Shown: positions 1-12,964 of the stretch, one piece after another | Layout of the letters: every line of letters begins with the position of its first letter | Position numbering within the stretch: position 1 is the first letter of the stretch | From: Podarcis tiliguerta | Lineage: Eukaryota | Strand: one strand, 5' to 3' | Length of the DNA stretch: 64,000 bases | Assembly: GCA_965153285.1 (NCBI GenBank) | Contig: OZ229115.1 | Program-made: the position numbers and the translations under genes | Notes under the pieces: model-generated | Told to the model about the DNA's origin: nothing | Seen by the model: the letters and a program-made list of their open reading frames with translations, nothing else | Databases searched by the model: none

Positions 1-616
1 GTCCCCCATATTTTGTGCCCCAATACTTGATTATTTGGGGCGGGGATGTCCACTAACTCTAGGGGAAGAACTGACATTCATGCCTGTAGCTTTCTGGCAA
101 AAGGGCAAACTACTGTCTCACCTTAGTGAAGCCATTATCAGATACAAATGCAGCTGCTCTCTCCAGTTCATAGAACTCTTCCAGCCTGGTGGTTGGGGGA
201 CGTCCACTTGCTTCTGCAGGAATCACAACCCGCTGCATAACCTCAGCACCATCACTGCTGAATGCTGTTGCCATGGTGGCCTATATCCAAACTACAAAAA
301 TACAAGGTGATGCTCGTCCGCATAGCAATATCCCACTACTAGCAAGATGCTGGATGAGAATGGTCCTGAGCGTCAGTTCTCCAAGGTCACATTTATAGGA
401 TCATATTCTATATTAATCAGTAGGGAACCGACATAGCTAAAACCCTTTGTATCCATGTTTCTAATCACTAACACTGATTAGAATGCCTCCTTCATTCAGA
501 AACATGTACTGAAATGGGTTTGGAGAGACACAAGAAAATGGAACTGAAGTGGCTTGGGAAACAGAAGAACTCAGGAAGGCTCCTTACACAAAGACAGACC
601 ACCAGTCTCTCTAGTT

Positions 617-752
617 CAGGGATAGGCAAACTCGGCCCTCCAGAAGTTTTGAGACTACAATTCCCATCATCCCCGACCACTGGTCTTGTTAGCTAGGGAT
701 GATAGTAGTTGTAGTCCCAAAACATTTGGAGGGCCGAGTTTGCCTATGCCTG
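617..752. mobile_element. hAT-type MITE (palindromic, 136 bp)
   Basis: Terminal inverted repeats CAGGGATAGGCAAACTCGGCCCTCCA / TGGAGGGCCGAGTTTGCCTATGCCTG; perfect 8-bp TSD CTCTAGTT at 609-616 and 753-760. Confidence 0.9.
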
Positions 753-1324
753 CTCTAGTTCCATGTTGTCAAGAGGACTGACTGGCATTTCGGGCAGAAG
801 CATTTCTCAACCTTACCTGGAACTGCCAGGAATTGAATCTGGAACCCCTTTGCACACAAAACAATTGTATCCCCCCGCCCCCCTGCCCGCCCGCCATAAG
901 AAACATTAACTACTGTGCCCCATTACTGTCACTCTACTCACCTAGAGGACCCCCCAACATCCACCACATGGCCACCAATACACTTCCTGGGTGGGGTTAA
1001 AGGCACCCAGGAAGTGTATTTCCCTATCAGAACGCGTCTTTTTTCTATCGCTTCGCTTCTCTTTCTCTCTCCTACGTCATTAGCGGGAAGCTTTGCAGCC
1101 AATAAAAGATCCCGACACAGCAAGGCCCTCGGAAAGTAGAATAAACGGGAAGCCTATCAGCGCGGTGCATTGTGGGGGTTGGAGTTTCGCCTTCCTCCCA
1201 TCCGACCAATCATTCCAGCCGGCGAAAGGCGTCAGATAAACTTCGTCTGGTCACGTGGAGCGTGGTTCCCGTCATTCTGTGGGTCAGGTGATTCCCGGTC
1301 GCGTTCAGTCCGTGCTGAGGACTC

Positions 1325-1345
1325 GCCGCCGCCGCCGCCGCCGCC
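1325..1345 (+). repeat. (GCC)7 microsatellite abutting the ATP6V0B start codon
   Basis: Seven GCC units followed directly by ATG at 1346. Confidence 0.95.
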
Positions 1346-1412
1346 ATGTCCGGGCTCGCGCTGCTGTATTCGGGACTGGGGCTGACCGCGGCCGCCACCA
1401 TCACCGGCATTG
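1346..1412 (+). CDS. ATP6V0B: ATP6V0B exon 1 (MSGLALLYSGLGLTAAATITGI)
   Basis: ATG in GCCGCCATG context; 67 nt; donor GTTAGT. Confidence 0.93.
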
Positions 1413-4400
1413 GTTAGTACTTTCAACGGGGAGCTGGGAGCGCCGCTGCGAGGGCCAACGCCGCTTTGCCGAAATCCTCCTCTCCCCTCCCTTCGCCGGG
1501 GCTGTGTGCGGTTATACGCAAAGGAAATGGCTGTGGGAAATGGCTTGTCGTGGGCGGGCGGGGGGCGCAGGGCGCTGGGGGTGGGATGCCGCCCTCCAGG
1601 CTCAGCGAATGTTTTTGGGTGCTTCTTGATCCGCGGTGCTGCCTTGCCCTACCCTAGTTTGTCCATCAGGCTGTTCTCGGGGTTGGGGGGCGAGGCGACA
1701 TCCCTGCTGAGGGGAGACTCGCATCCTCCTGCTTGCGCGGGGAGAGCCGTTTTGTCTTCAGGGGGTGGTCCGGAAGATACTGTACTTGGTTCTCCTTGTC
1801 CATGACCTTCTCATAGGGAAGGTTTCCGGAGGGGCCCTCGCATGTGGGTTTCCCACGGCAGGCCCACCTCTTGTCGTTCTTGGTCTCAAAAATAAAAATA
1901 GTTTAAGAGACGACTCCAGACTTCCACCATATTGGGCTCTGTGGTGCTCAGTTTGCTTCCTCATCTGTGAAAGCAGCGAAAAGGCGAGGGGTGGGGAAAG
2001 GCTTTCTTAATGGCTGTTCAGTGCTAGTTGTGAATTTTGATGCTGTGCACACCAATGGCATTTTGATGTCTGAAAGTAGATCAAAAGAAGTGCATTTGGT
2101 GGAACTTTCTAAAAGTGCAGTGTTGTTTCCTTTTTTATGTGGTGAAATTTGAGCAAGGCCTAGAGGGTGTAGCCTTGGAACCAGGGGACCTGTGGCAGAG
2201 TCTGAAGCTGCTGTCCCTTGGTTATCTTTAGTATCAAAGCAATTGCACTTTAATGAACTCCTGACTAGCTATGTAAATGTTTATACATTGACAGGATTAC
2301 TGGGTCTTAATGTTGATATATATCTTTTCCTTCACTACCAAACATTGATTTCATTGTTCATCATGGTTTCGATGTTAACCATCCTAGCATTGGTAAGAAG
2401 TTCTGCATGTTTTTGGGTGAAGGAGACTTGGCTCACCAATAGCCTGGATTCATTCTTGCTGGAGAGATATTTCCATTTTCTGGTAGTCTCTACATTTGTT
2501 CAGGTGATAATTTGTTCTTGGTGAGCCCATGCAGGTATGCTGTGTCCTTATTCTAAACAAGGAACAATTCAGAAAGTCCTCCATCATGAGTTGAATGACA
2601 TATTTGTTCTTGTATTGTGTGGTTGCAATTTATGGGAACCAAAAAAGCGTTAACACTGTTGGGGGAAATGTGACGAACCATGCAAAAGGTGCACAGTGGA
2701 CTCTCCCCCCCCCCCCCCCAGTTTGTTTTGTCAACAAGCTTTGGAGCAGTTGTCCTACAACAGTCCTGTCCCAGCTCTCTGGGAGCTATTGGTGGCTTCA
2801 ACTGGATTAGCCCAGCTGATTTGGTTAAGACTTCACCAGTCAGGGTTGAGGAATGACAAACAGCAAACTAAGCTCTGACCTTCTGATTCAAACTCAGCTT
2901 CTTTAAGGTCATTTTACCAATTGGACACATACCTTGCTTAGAAGCAGAGTTTCTTACTGGTTCCTGTTGGGACTAAGCAGTCTGCTCACGTATACCACTC
3001 TACTCAAACAGTACTCCATTTCCTTTTCTCCTTCATTATATCTTATTTGCAGCTAGGGTTCTTCTGCCCCTCCCCTCCTCTTTTTGCTACTTTTCCAGTG
3101 GTAAGTGTGACTCTTAGTTCCCCTTTCAGATCAGCATGGATGGGAAGAACAGAACTTCTCCTTTTCTAGCCATGATTACTACAGCTGTACCAGGGAGGAC
3201 GTTAACATTTTCCTGTCTTTTCAGTAGGATGTGAGCATAGATGCCTCATGGTGGGTCTCTGAGTATCGCCCTGTCTTGGCTTCTGTGGACCCTGAACCAA
3301 GCATGATTCTGTTATTCCTCTGGGACATTCATGCACCTGAGCTAGGGTTTGTCAGACTGGTGGCTGGGGACTGTGGCCAGGAAGGAATGTGCTCCAAGTC
3401 ATGAGACATCTGTCCCAAAATGTGAGAAGCTATTTGACCTATAGATGGGCTACATAGGTAGAAATACCTTACCCCATCCCAATATATATCTGGAAGGGAC
3501 AATGAAGAACTCTTTCCTATAACAGTACTTCAGTGTTCTGCCTCATGACTAAACTTATTGGAGAGGAAGCAGAGCGGAGCACCACTTGAATGAATAAATG
3601 ATGTATGTAACCATACTCAGGGGGGGTAGCCTGTCATTTGACCTTGCTACTATAGGGAAGAAGCAGTGTGATGAATGGAGGTTTATTCACTGTGCTGTCT
3701 CTTCTTTTTTATGGTAGCTTTGGGTAACTGTTGTTGCAAAACAGTGACTTAACTTCTCAGATGTGATTGAATGATTAATAACTTTGAAGAGTCTTAAAGG
3801 TTTTGGATCTTAACCTTTAGGATCACAATCTTTAATGTGAAGGATTTACTGAAATATTATTCTCTCTAGGTTTTATGCTCGAAACACTGTTACATTTTTA
3901 TTTTTTCATCATTGTTAAACGATTAATAAGATCAGTTGTACAGGCCAATTCTCAAAGCATCAGCAGAATCCTGGCTTCACTGGTCAGTTTGCTGTTGTGC
4001 CAACTCTACTTTGTGTAATAAACTACACTTAACTTGGTTTTCCATAGTGTCTGCTAACAATTTTGGGACTTTGTATGGGTTGTCTGGGGGGCGGGGAGTT
4101 AATTTCCCCCAAGAATTCTTGTAGCTTTAAAACTTTTTACATGCACTGCATACAAGGGTGTCACTCATGTCTTTTGGCAGGATGATGAACCATTTGGTCT
4201 TGGACTTAGAGGTAGGATAGGTTTGTGTTGCTTTTTATACTATCTGGCCCAAATTATAAGAGGGCTCCTGTAGGAGTTTTACAGAAAGTAGTGTATTTTC
4301 ATCAGTTGCTGCAGCACTGCGTTGGGTAAAACAACTCTGAAAAAATGCTACCTGTATTCTGAAATAATGCATTCCAAAATAGTATTGGGCCTGAAAGTGG

Positions 4401-4831
4401 TAGTTTGCTTCCTTTCTTTGCAATTGCATATTCCATCCTTGCTATGTGTTATATACTTGTAATATAAATCAAGGAGGAGAAAAGTGAATGACTACTACTG
4501 CAAGGGTAAAAAACATTAATTGTGACACTTCAAGCAAGAGACAAAAATCTGGAGCTGGTCCTATTGGAAGTAACATATCAAGATCAGCATTGTGGATCTG
4601 AAAAGTAGAGACCAGAATTCTGGGTGGGAATCTTTAGCCCACTTCCTGTTAGGCCTCACAGAGTGCCATGGAATTTTCTCCCCTTCTGAAAATACAGAAA
4701 GAGACTCTCCAGTCTACTGAGTGTATTCTCTACTGCTTATAGTACAAATTGATTTGGAATATAGAGAGGGATTGTCCTAGCCAGTATCCACTGAGAAAGC
4801 AGTGAACAAATCCACATAAGGACAGGAAGCT

Positions 4832-5564
4832 TCTTTTGCCAGCTCACTTCACACTTTTCTTGTGAAGAAAAGTAGAGGTGTCCTTAGAGTTCATTTTTGG
4901 CCCTTGGGTTCTCCTGCAGTATGTAAAGAAGATCCTTCAAGCAGTGTGAGTAAACTACCGTTCAGCTGTGCTTTGTCTTATTATGCCTTTCCATTCCTGT
5001 ATTCCTCCATTGTTGGGATGCCTTCAGATACCTGATTGCTGACTTCAAAGTTCACATTGTGTACTGTTTCTGAATGATGCTGCTGTAGTACGTGAGGGTA
5101 GCTAGAATTACTGATATGTTTTCCTACCATGTTGTAAAGACTTGGGATGGATTACAAGAACCCCTCTTTTTTAGTAGGGTTCTTGCACTCAGTGGGATAT
5201 GCCAAGGTTGCCCACCACCCCAGGATGTTTTATTTAATGCTGCTTAGCATGAAGCCATTGGTAAGGAGAATTTTGAGCTAATATTTGCCAGATTTAAAAT
5301 TTACTTGTAAATCGGTATGCATTAAAATATAGCTTTGGTATAATATAATAAAAATATAACTATATTTTATGCAATAAATTATTATAACCAGAGAAAAAAG
5401 CTTTAATTTATGCTAGTTGATCTAATTTTCTACATTAGAAAGGAGGACCATAAGTTCTCAAATTGTCCCAGCTCTTTTGCCAGCTTGCTTCACACTTTTC
5501 TTGTGAAGAAAAGTAGAGGTGTCCTTAGAGTTCATTTTTGGCCCTTGGGTTCTCCTGCAGTATG
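4832..5564 (+). repeat. 92-bp direct duplication (4832-4923 and 5473-5564)
   Basis: Two copies of TCTTTTGCCAGCT..CTTCACACTTTTCTTGTGAAGAAAAGTAGAGG...CTCCTGCAGTATG differing at 2 positions. Confidence 0.95.
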
Positions 5565-5579
5565 CAGTCTACTTTTGCT

Positions 5580-5960
5580 TAATTGTACTATTTCTCTTTA
5601 ATTTTGTTACTGTAGCAAGATACCAAACTCTATCAAACCATTCTCATTCTGTTGAAATGATTGAAAAATACCATTTCACTTCCAAAATATATATTTTGGC
5701 AGCAGCTAATAAAACCCAAATAAATTTTCATGTTCTGCTCTCACATCTTCATTAGGATATTCCAGAAAAATTATTAGCAGATTTATAAGTATGTGATATG
5801 CAATTATAATTATATAAATGCATCTAGTGGTCTTTCCTACCAAATTCCTGATTTTGTCTCATGTCCATCAGACATTAATATAACCCTCAACTGTTTCCCC
5901 ACATTTCCAATATATTCCACTAATGTCTTTGGTTATATGTTTGGTGAATATTTGAATATA
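5580..5960 (-). mobile_element. Decayed L1-like LINE, ORF2 C-terminal fragment
   Basis: Minus strand reads LLAAAKIYI...WFDRVWYLA, resembling the C-terminus of non-mammalian L1 ORF2; AT-rich; boundaries approximate. Confidence 0.5.
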
Positions 5961-7994
5961 ATTTGATGTGGTATCTTTTATTTAAAAAAAATATTAAATT
6001 GAATATAATCTGGAGCTTTGGGCAGTGATGTTATTGACATAGCACCAAGCTGTATATGTTGTTAACTAAATGAACAGGTACTACTATTTTGGTTTTAGTT
6101 AACACTGACACATTTTGGTGGAGTGGATGGTTAAAACAAACTAGATTTGAATTTAGGCAAGTTGAAGGTAGTTCTGGTAGATAGTTCTGGACTGGTAGCA
6201 GCCCTGCCTCTATTAGACGGAAGTGACAGTCACCGCATCAAACTAGTTAGGTGTCTAGAAGTACCGTACCCTTAAACCCTGTCTTATTTTTTGACAGGCT
6301 GGTATGGGGGTTTCCAGGAGCACCTTTAATCAACTACATCTATTGTGTAGCTGTGTAGCTTTCTGGAGAGGAAGGCTCTAGCTATGCTTTTTGATATTTT
6401 GTAACCAGTACTGTAGTATGGATCTTCCAGAAATTTTTGAATTAGATACCTTTCTGGGAAACTTTCTTATGCTATTAGGCTAATTTACACTGTAGATAAT
6501 TCACTTTGTGTTGGAAACTTTTATTACACTCCCAATTTAGCATGTTCATTTTTCTAATATTTTGTAAACAAAGCAAAAAAACTTGGGCATTGGCAAGCTT
6601 GCCTGTGTTTGTAGTTGGCATCCAACTCACAAAATGTGTGTGTGGGGGGGGGGAATTCCACAGCAAAATAAATCACTGGTAAATTTTCCATTCCACATCT
6701 TGGTTTGTAACTGCCGGGTTTGGCTACTTTTTGTAAGGAAGACTGCAAAGTGCAGTTAATACAAAATGGCATCAGATTATATCTTATGCTAACTCTCTCA
6801 GTGTTGGTGGCATGGCTTGGCAAGGAAGGATGCTATGCCACACTCCCCTCTTCTCCAACCTTCACCTGGGTTGCTCCAAAAGAACACTTTGCCTTCATGG
6901 GGCCCCGTTCCCCCCTTGTGCATAGACTATTAACCTGCACAGCATACAAATTTGAATAGATTTTGCTCCTAGTTCTTACCTAAATGTCAGGAAGAGTGTA
7001 GCTCTCCCTGGGTGTATATGCCCATTATCTCTCTCTCTCCAGTGTTGCTTTCAAAGCCTGCGTGTGCAGGGAAAGGCAGCAGGCTGTCGGCTCCTGGTGC
7101 CAATTTTTTTCTGAGATCAGAGTCTGCTGCTGCTGAGTGAAGGGTCTGGAGTTGGCAGTGCCTGGGGCTTAAAGCTGTTGCTTGGAGCAGGCTGCACACC
7201 TATGAGCAGATAGGCTTCTGCTCACGGGGATGTGAATATGACCCTGATGAGCTCTGAGCCATTGAATAGAGTCTTCAGTTTCCTGACCCACTTTCTTCTG
7301 CTTCCCCATACATGGTTAATTCTACCAGACTTGTTTTTGGTGTGGTGTATTATACTGTCCCTACTGATAGGGACTTCACACCCTCTGTTGAACTGCCTTG
7401 TTGTCTAACCCTTCCTAATGTCAACGCTATTTTTTAAAAATAGATCAAAGGGTCACCCTACTTGCATTCTCTCTTTAGTTATTCTCCATGGGAGCCAATC
7501 TATCCTTTCTTCCCCAGTTCTGTGGCTCATTTGTTCTCTATCCTGCCCCATGATGCTCTGTTTCTGCAGCCTTGCTCTTTCTTTCTCAGCTCCTTCCCAC
7601 CTCTGTGTCTGCCTGTGTCTTTTTTCACATTGTCAGGCTCACAGGAGGATAGTTCTGCCTGGAACATTTGCATCCTGTGACTGTCCCATCATATTCTATT
7701 CATATATCCCGAAATACAGTTCCCATCATCATGTCATTGACTCATCTTCTTCCACTCTGCTTCCCAGTCTGAGGTTGTGGGGTGATTTTCCCTTCCTGTC
7801 TGCAGTATGTGATACTGCTAACTTTTTCACAGCTGGTTTTCTTCCCCATGCATGTTTTTCATCCAGCCCTTTAAAAGGAGAAAATGGTTTTTGGATGAAA
7901 AAAGGCCCCTAGAGCCAAGATTGCTGTGGATGTGAAGGTACAGCATTCTTGCTTATCTAAGAATGAAAGCTGCTGGGGATCCTTTTGGTATTGT

Positions 7995-8310
7995 TAATAA
8001 TAATAATAACATTTATCAGTCACTTTATGCAATAAAAAGTCTCAAAGCAACTTGACAAATTAAATTACAACACCATTTAAAGTTTAAAGCAGCGAGAATA
8101 TATAGAACATAAAATGCACATTCATCAGCAAATTAATAAGGACCAAGTCCTACCCACCCCACTAAAAGATGGGCACCACCATAGGAGGCAACATTAATTA
8201 ACCAAAGGTCTTGGCTTGCTGCACCTAAAAATTGACAAAGATGGTGACAGGCGCCTCTCCCTAAAAAGAGCATTCCACAGGTGAGGCGGTTGGGAACATC
8301 ACAGAAAAGA
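7995..8310 (-). mobile_element. Decayed L2-like LINE 3' fragment
   Basis: (AAT)n tail followed by motifs such as AGAGCATTCCACAG typical of L2 3' ends in reverse; boundaries approximate. Confidence 0.45.
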
Positions 8311-8489
8311 ATGACTGATTATAAAAAGACTTCATGAATAACTTTGCTTATTTGGGTTGGTCACGAGTAGTGTCACAGATGGATGTGCTTCAGACTGCAG
8401 CAGTTAGATAACATTTTTCATAGCAATGCCCATTAGGGCTACCACAAAGGGGCCGTGCCCTTCCAGTTAGCTGTGTGAACATGGGGGGT

Positions 8490-9210
8490 TTATTTTTTAT
8501 ACATAAACATAATATTTCAATGAATATTAAACTAAGAAAGATTTTCATTTATACGTACAGAAAAAATGGGGCGGGGGCAGAAAAGCGTTTCCATTACTGC
8601 ACACAGTAAAATCAGCAAATCTATAGACATAGATTCATTAAGCATTATATTAAATCACCCTGTTCAATATTTATTTTAGGAATTGCAGTACATCATTTCT
8701 CCTGAAAGCTGACATTTTGGCTAGATAAGATGATTCCCAGACTGTCACTGATCCTTCCCTGATGATATAGATTGTCCTTCCCATTGTTTGGCATAAATCA
8801 ACTTTGCAGCAACCAATAAATTTGAAATCAGCTCATGCAATCTTTTGCATATTCTTCTGTTACATAATTCAAAAGAGGGAGGATCAAATGGCAGCTACAT
8901 TTCATTTTATCAGTCCCACTAGCATTTCCCAAATTCTCTAGTTCTTATACAATTCCACTACCTGCAGAGAAAATGTTTTTTCCCCTGATGCTAAAAAGGT
9001 ACCCAGTATCTGGTTTACACATTTCTGTGGCATAAGATGCCACTGAATTGCCATGTTATAGCAGTTTCCCCTTAAATTCAAGCACAACGAAAACATTGAC
9101 CTTTCCGTAAATAAAAATGTCTGCACTTCCACAGAATTTTTGTAAGTTTCTTTTTCAGTTTGTCATAAAAGAATTTGACCATATGCACTAATGGAAGATG
9201 AAACAAGGGT
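8490..9210 (-). mobile_element. Decayed L1-like LINE 3' fragment
   Basis: Minus strand reads ELISNLLVAAKLIYAKQW (L1 ORF2 C-terminal motif); T-rich tail at the left end; boundaries approximate. Confidence 0.55.
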
Positions 9211-10182
9211 GGTTGGGGTTTTTTTTTAACCGGAGTTCATAGCCATTATCTCTCTGAACATTGCATTTTCTTTTTGTAGAGTCAGATTATGAATATAGGG
9301 ATAAAAGGCCATATTCTCTGCCTCCAAGATACCTGTGACTTCTTTATAGGCGATCATAGGAGATCTTCGTTACATTTTTCCAGTAAACTGAAACTTTCTA
9401 AATATTGATAAAGATCTAAATCACTTGTTACCCAAGCCAATGTGTTGTATTAGGAGCTGTTATTTAGATTTTGAGGATAGACATAGACAAAGATACATTA
9501 ATGATAGGTGGAATGGTTACATCTCTTGAGGTTTTCTATAACTGCCAATTGTGCCACTAGGAAGCTTCCATCATAGCTACACAGAGCATCCTGCCCATAC
9601 ATTGGTGGCTGTTACCTTGCCTTTGGCTGAGCCTGGCTTCTGCACGGGCCTGGCAGAAGTCGAAAGTGATTGTTTGAGGTCCAAGGTGTTGTATTCCTAT
9701 GTGGGTCAGTGCTGCAGCACTCAGAAGATAAAGAGTGAGGTAGCCGGTATGGTACCCCAAATGTTATTTTTGCACTACTGACTGGAGATGATGAGAACTG
9801 GAGTTGCACAGCATCTAGAGGATGCTCACATTGGGTACCCTGGAACAGAGAGGGGCAAGACTTCCTGTTGGTGCTGAAAGGATTTTAAAAAGTGTGCTGG
9901 TAGGAAGCCTGTAGGATAGGAGTCTGTCTCTTATTTCTAGTATGTAGTGACGTTTTGGGTCTTGTTAAACAGAGCACAACAGAAAGGAATAAGTGATAGT
10001 TTCCCCATGAAAGAGGTGATTTGGAAAGGGGCAATTTGTGGTGTAAGCTGTATGAAGACTATATAAACCCTTTCTGCTCTCCCTGTGTGGGGGGGGGGGG
10101 TTCAGCACCGGTGGCGAGGTGTGAGCATCACAGATTGGGCTTTGAGGAGACCAAGCCAAAAAGTGTTTCTCTTGTTTTTCAG

Positions 10183-10231
10183 GAATCTGCTACACAATAT
10201 TTGACCTTGGTTTCCGTTTCGATATAGCATG
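10183..10231 (+). CDS. ATP6V0B: ATP6V0B exon 2 (GICYTIFDLGFRFDIAW)
   Basis: Acceptor TTTTTCAG, donor GTAAGA; 49 nt; matches the known protein. Confidence 0.96.
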
Positions 10232-11171
10232 GTAAGATGGCACTTTCCCCTAGAGGCTGGGGTTGGAGTAGCATGGGGGACAGTGGCTTATTGGTGTTTT
10301 CAGCAATATATTGGGGAAGAGAGCATGAGGAAAAGCAGTAATTTGCCTTCGCGTTTTCTTTTCCATGGGCGTGAATTACAGAAAGCCCAACAGTGCAGGC
10401 AGATGTTTGCATGGTTGCTTCCACAGGAAGGCCGTGTTTCTCCCCCCTCCCTTCCCCCGTTGGTTGACAACAGTATTGATGGCAGTGTCCCATTTCACTA
10501 GTCGATGCTGCTAATTGCATCATTTTGCCTGCAGGTCAGCTGGCTGCCTCTCCTCTTCGCCTGCTGTTGCAAGCCACTTGTCCCCGTGTGCTGCTCAGAT
10601 TCTGTTGGCACATCCGCACATACATCTTGAACATTTTTGGGGCACTTTTTTCTGTGCTTCTGGACTATTGCTTGGGCCTGAAAACAGATGCTTCTCCATG
10701 CACCCACTAGTCTTAATGGTATAGGATTAGTGGTCTTGAGGAGTTGCCGTGACCCATATCCTGCTTCTGCTAGTTCAAGAGCTAACCAAAGAGTGCTGTA
10801 TTGAACAGCATCTTAAGCAAGCCTCTAGCTCACCCTGCTTTCATGGACCTCCTTTCCTGTTGGCTAAACTAGCCTAGGGTTGCTTGGGCTCAGCACAGCT
10901 TTTCTACAGTGTTGTTTTGTAGCCCAAACTATAACAAATAACACCTTTCCTAATGGGTTATGAAGTCTCCTAGTTACTGCTAAAGAGGCAAGGCCTTCTG
11001 GCTGCCACCCTGGGCAGCAGGCGTTAGTTCTCTTTTACCACTTACCAATTGTGCAGGATGGGTAGACTGACCTGGCCAAGTTCTGTCCAGAAATGGGATG
11101 GATTGGTTTGACTAGGGCTGCTTCTCCCCTGCGGGTGCTATGACTTGATGCTATGATGGAGAAAGGAATAG

Positions 11172-11288
<117 letters not shown>

Positions 11289-11868
11289 TGAGTACTTCAT
11301 CTCTCCCAGCCCCTAGCGATCTGTTAATGGACATCATTCCTCAACCAATACTTTGGGCTTCCATTTTGGGGGGTTAGTCCCAAGGCACAGTCTGAGGGCA
11401 CATGATGCAGCCACTTCACCCAAGGTCTGTGTCTGGTCAGTGCCTGGAGGGAGATCCCCAAACTCTGTCTGGACCCTGGGATTGTCATCTGAGACCCTTT
11501 TCTGCCTGATGCATCAAAGGCAGACTCAAAGAGTGGTGATGAGAGAACAGGCCTTTTCTGCAGCTCCCCAACTATGGAGTGTGGCAGCAATTCTGTCATA
11601 GTTCAAGTACCGGACAGATACAGTTTTGTTTCCCTGGGCATTTGGGAAGCACCAATGATTGGATATTCCCCTTACTCTGCCTGCATTTTTAATATGCTGG
11701 TGTGTTTTCAATACTGTATTGTATTATTGTTGTAAATCACCCTTGGAATTTTGGGATTCAATAAACCTAACCTAACTTCATGTACACCACCTTGACTTCT
11801 ATGATGGAAGAAAGTCAAGATATAAGTGTACTTAAATAAGTGTAGTGCTCGGCATTAATGAATAATAA

Positions 11869-12048
<180 letters not shown>

Positions 12049-12739
12049 TGAGAGGACCCCCTTGTTCAGCATATATTCCACAGGTATAGGTACTGCAAAG
12101 TCCCAAAGCTCACTTGCCCATCCTTGATATGCCTTGTTTCCTGCTGCACAGATTTAAAAAAAATGTACATTCCTGAATTGGCTTCTGTGTACCGTAAAAT
12201 CCTTGTGAGAGCTAGGCATTGAGTTTGATCCAGCACAGGTGTGGGGACCCTCAATGCTTGCAGGGCAAAAGATGGAACTGGGCACAGCAAAATACAAAGA
12301 AAAAGCAAATAAATAAAATCCCCTCTAGTTCAGTACATTACCTGTTCCTCACCCCTGGCTTAATGGGTGGGGTGTGAGAATAGGGGTGTGAGCACCTTGT
12401 GGAAGGATCTGCTTTGGGCCGGCTTTGCCTGTGCTCAGAAGCACTCTGCCTTAAGTGTCAAGCAAAGACTTTAAACAAATGAATCAGCTTTACTTTTGGG
12501 GGAACTAGGTGTGCTCTGAAACTTGCTGCTTCCTTGGTTGCCTGGTTCTTCTCAGGCTGCTGCCTCATCTGCAAGGTTACCACCTCATTCCTAGCTAGCC
12601 AGGGGAAGGAAGGAGGTGGTTGGGAAGCCAAGGAGGGTCCCAGTGGTAGATGTGCCATTGGAGGCCAGCCCATTCCTCCCTCTCTCGTTCCCTGGTCCCA
12701 TGCCCACATTTGTCACCCTTGAGATGTTGCAGCTGCTAA

Positions 12740-12964
<225 letters not shown>

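Larger units (their letters stand above)
1090..1760 (+). promoter_or_regulatory. CpG-island promoter of ATP6V0B with CCAAT boxes and a CLEAR/E-box motif
   Basis: CpG-dense region around exon 1; CCAAT near 1099 and at 1206-1210; GTCACGTG at 1250-1257. Confidence 0.8.

Noticed and set aside
1-1000. Expected 3' end of DPH2, the upstream neighbour in human
   Set aside because: No DPH2-like coding sequence was recognisable in any frame; it may lie outside the window.
7418-7912. 164-aa hydrophobic ORF in ATP6V0B intron 1
   Set aside because: Produced by CT-rich low-complexity sequence; no family resemblance.
10505-10630. AG|GT site (CCTGCAG|GTCAGC) and a small hairpin followed by ACA in ATP6V0B intron 2, as a possible recursive splice site or H/ACA RNA
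   Set aside because: The intron is under 1 kb, the donor is weak, and I could not find a convincing H box or second hairpin.
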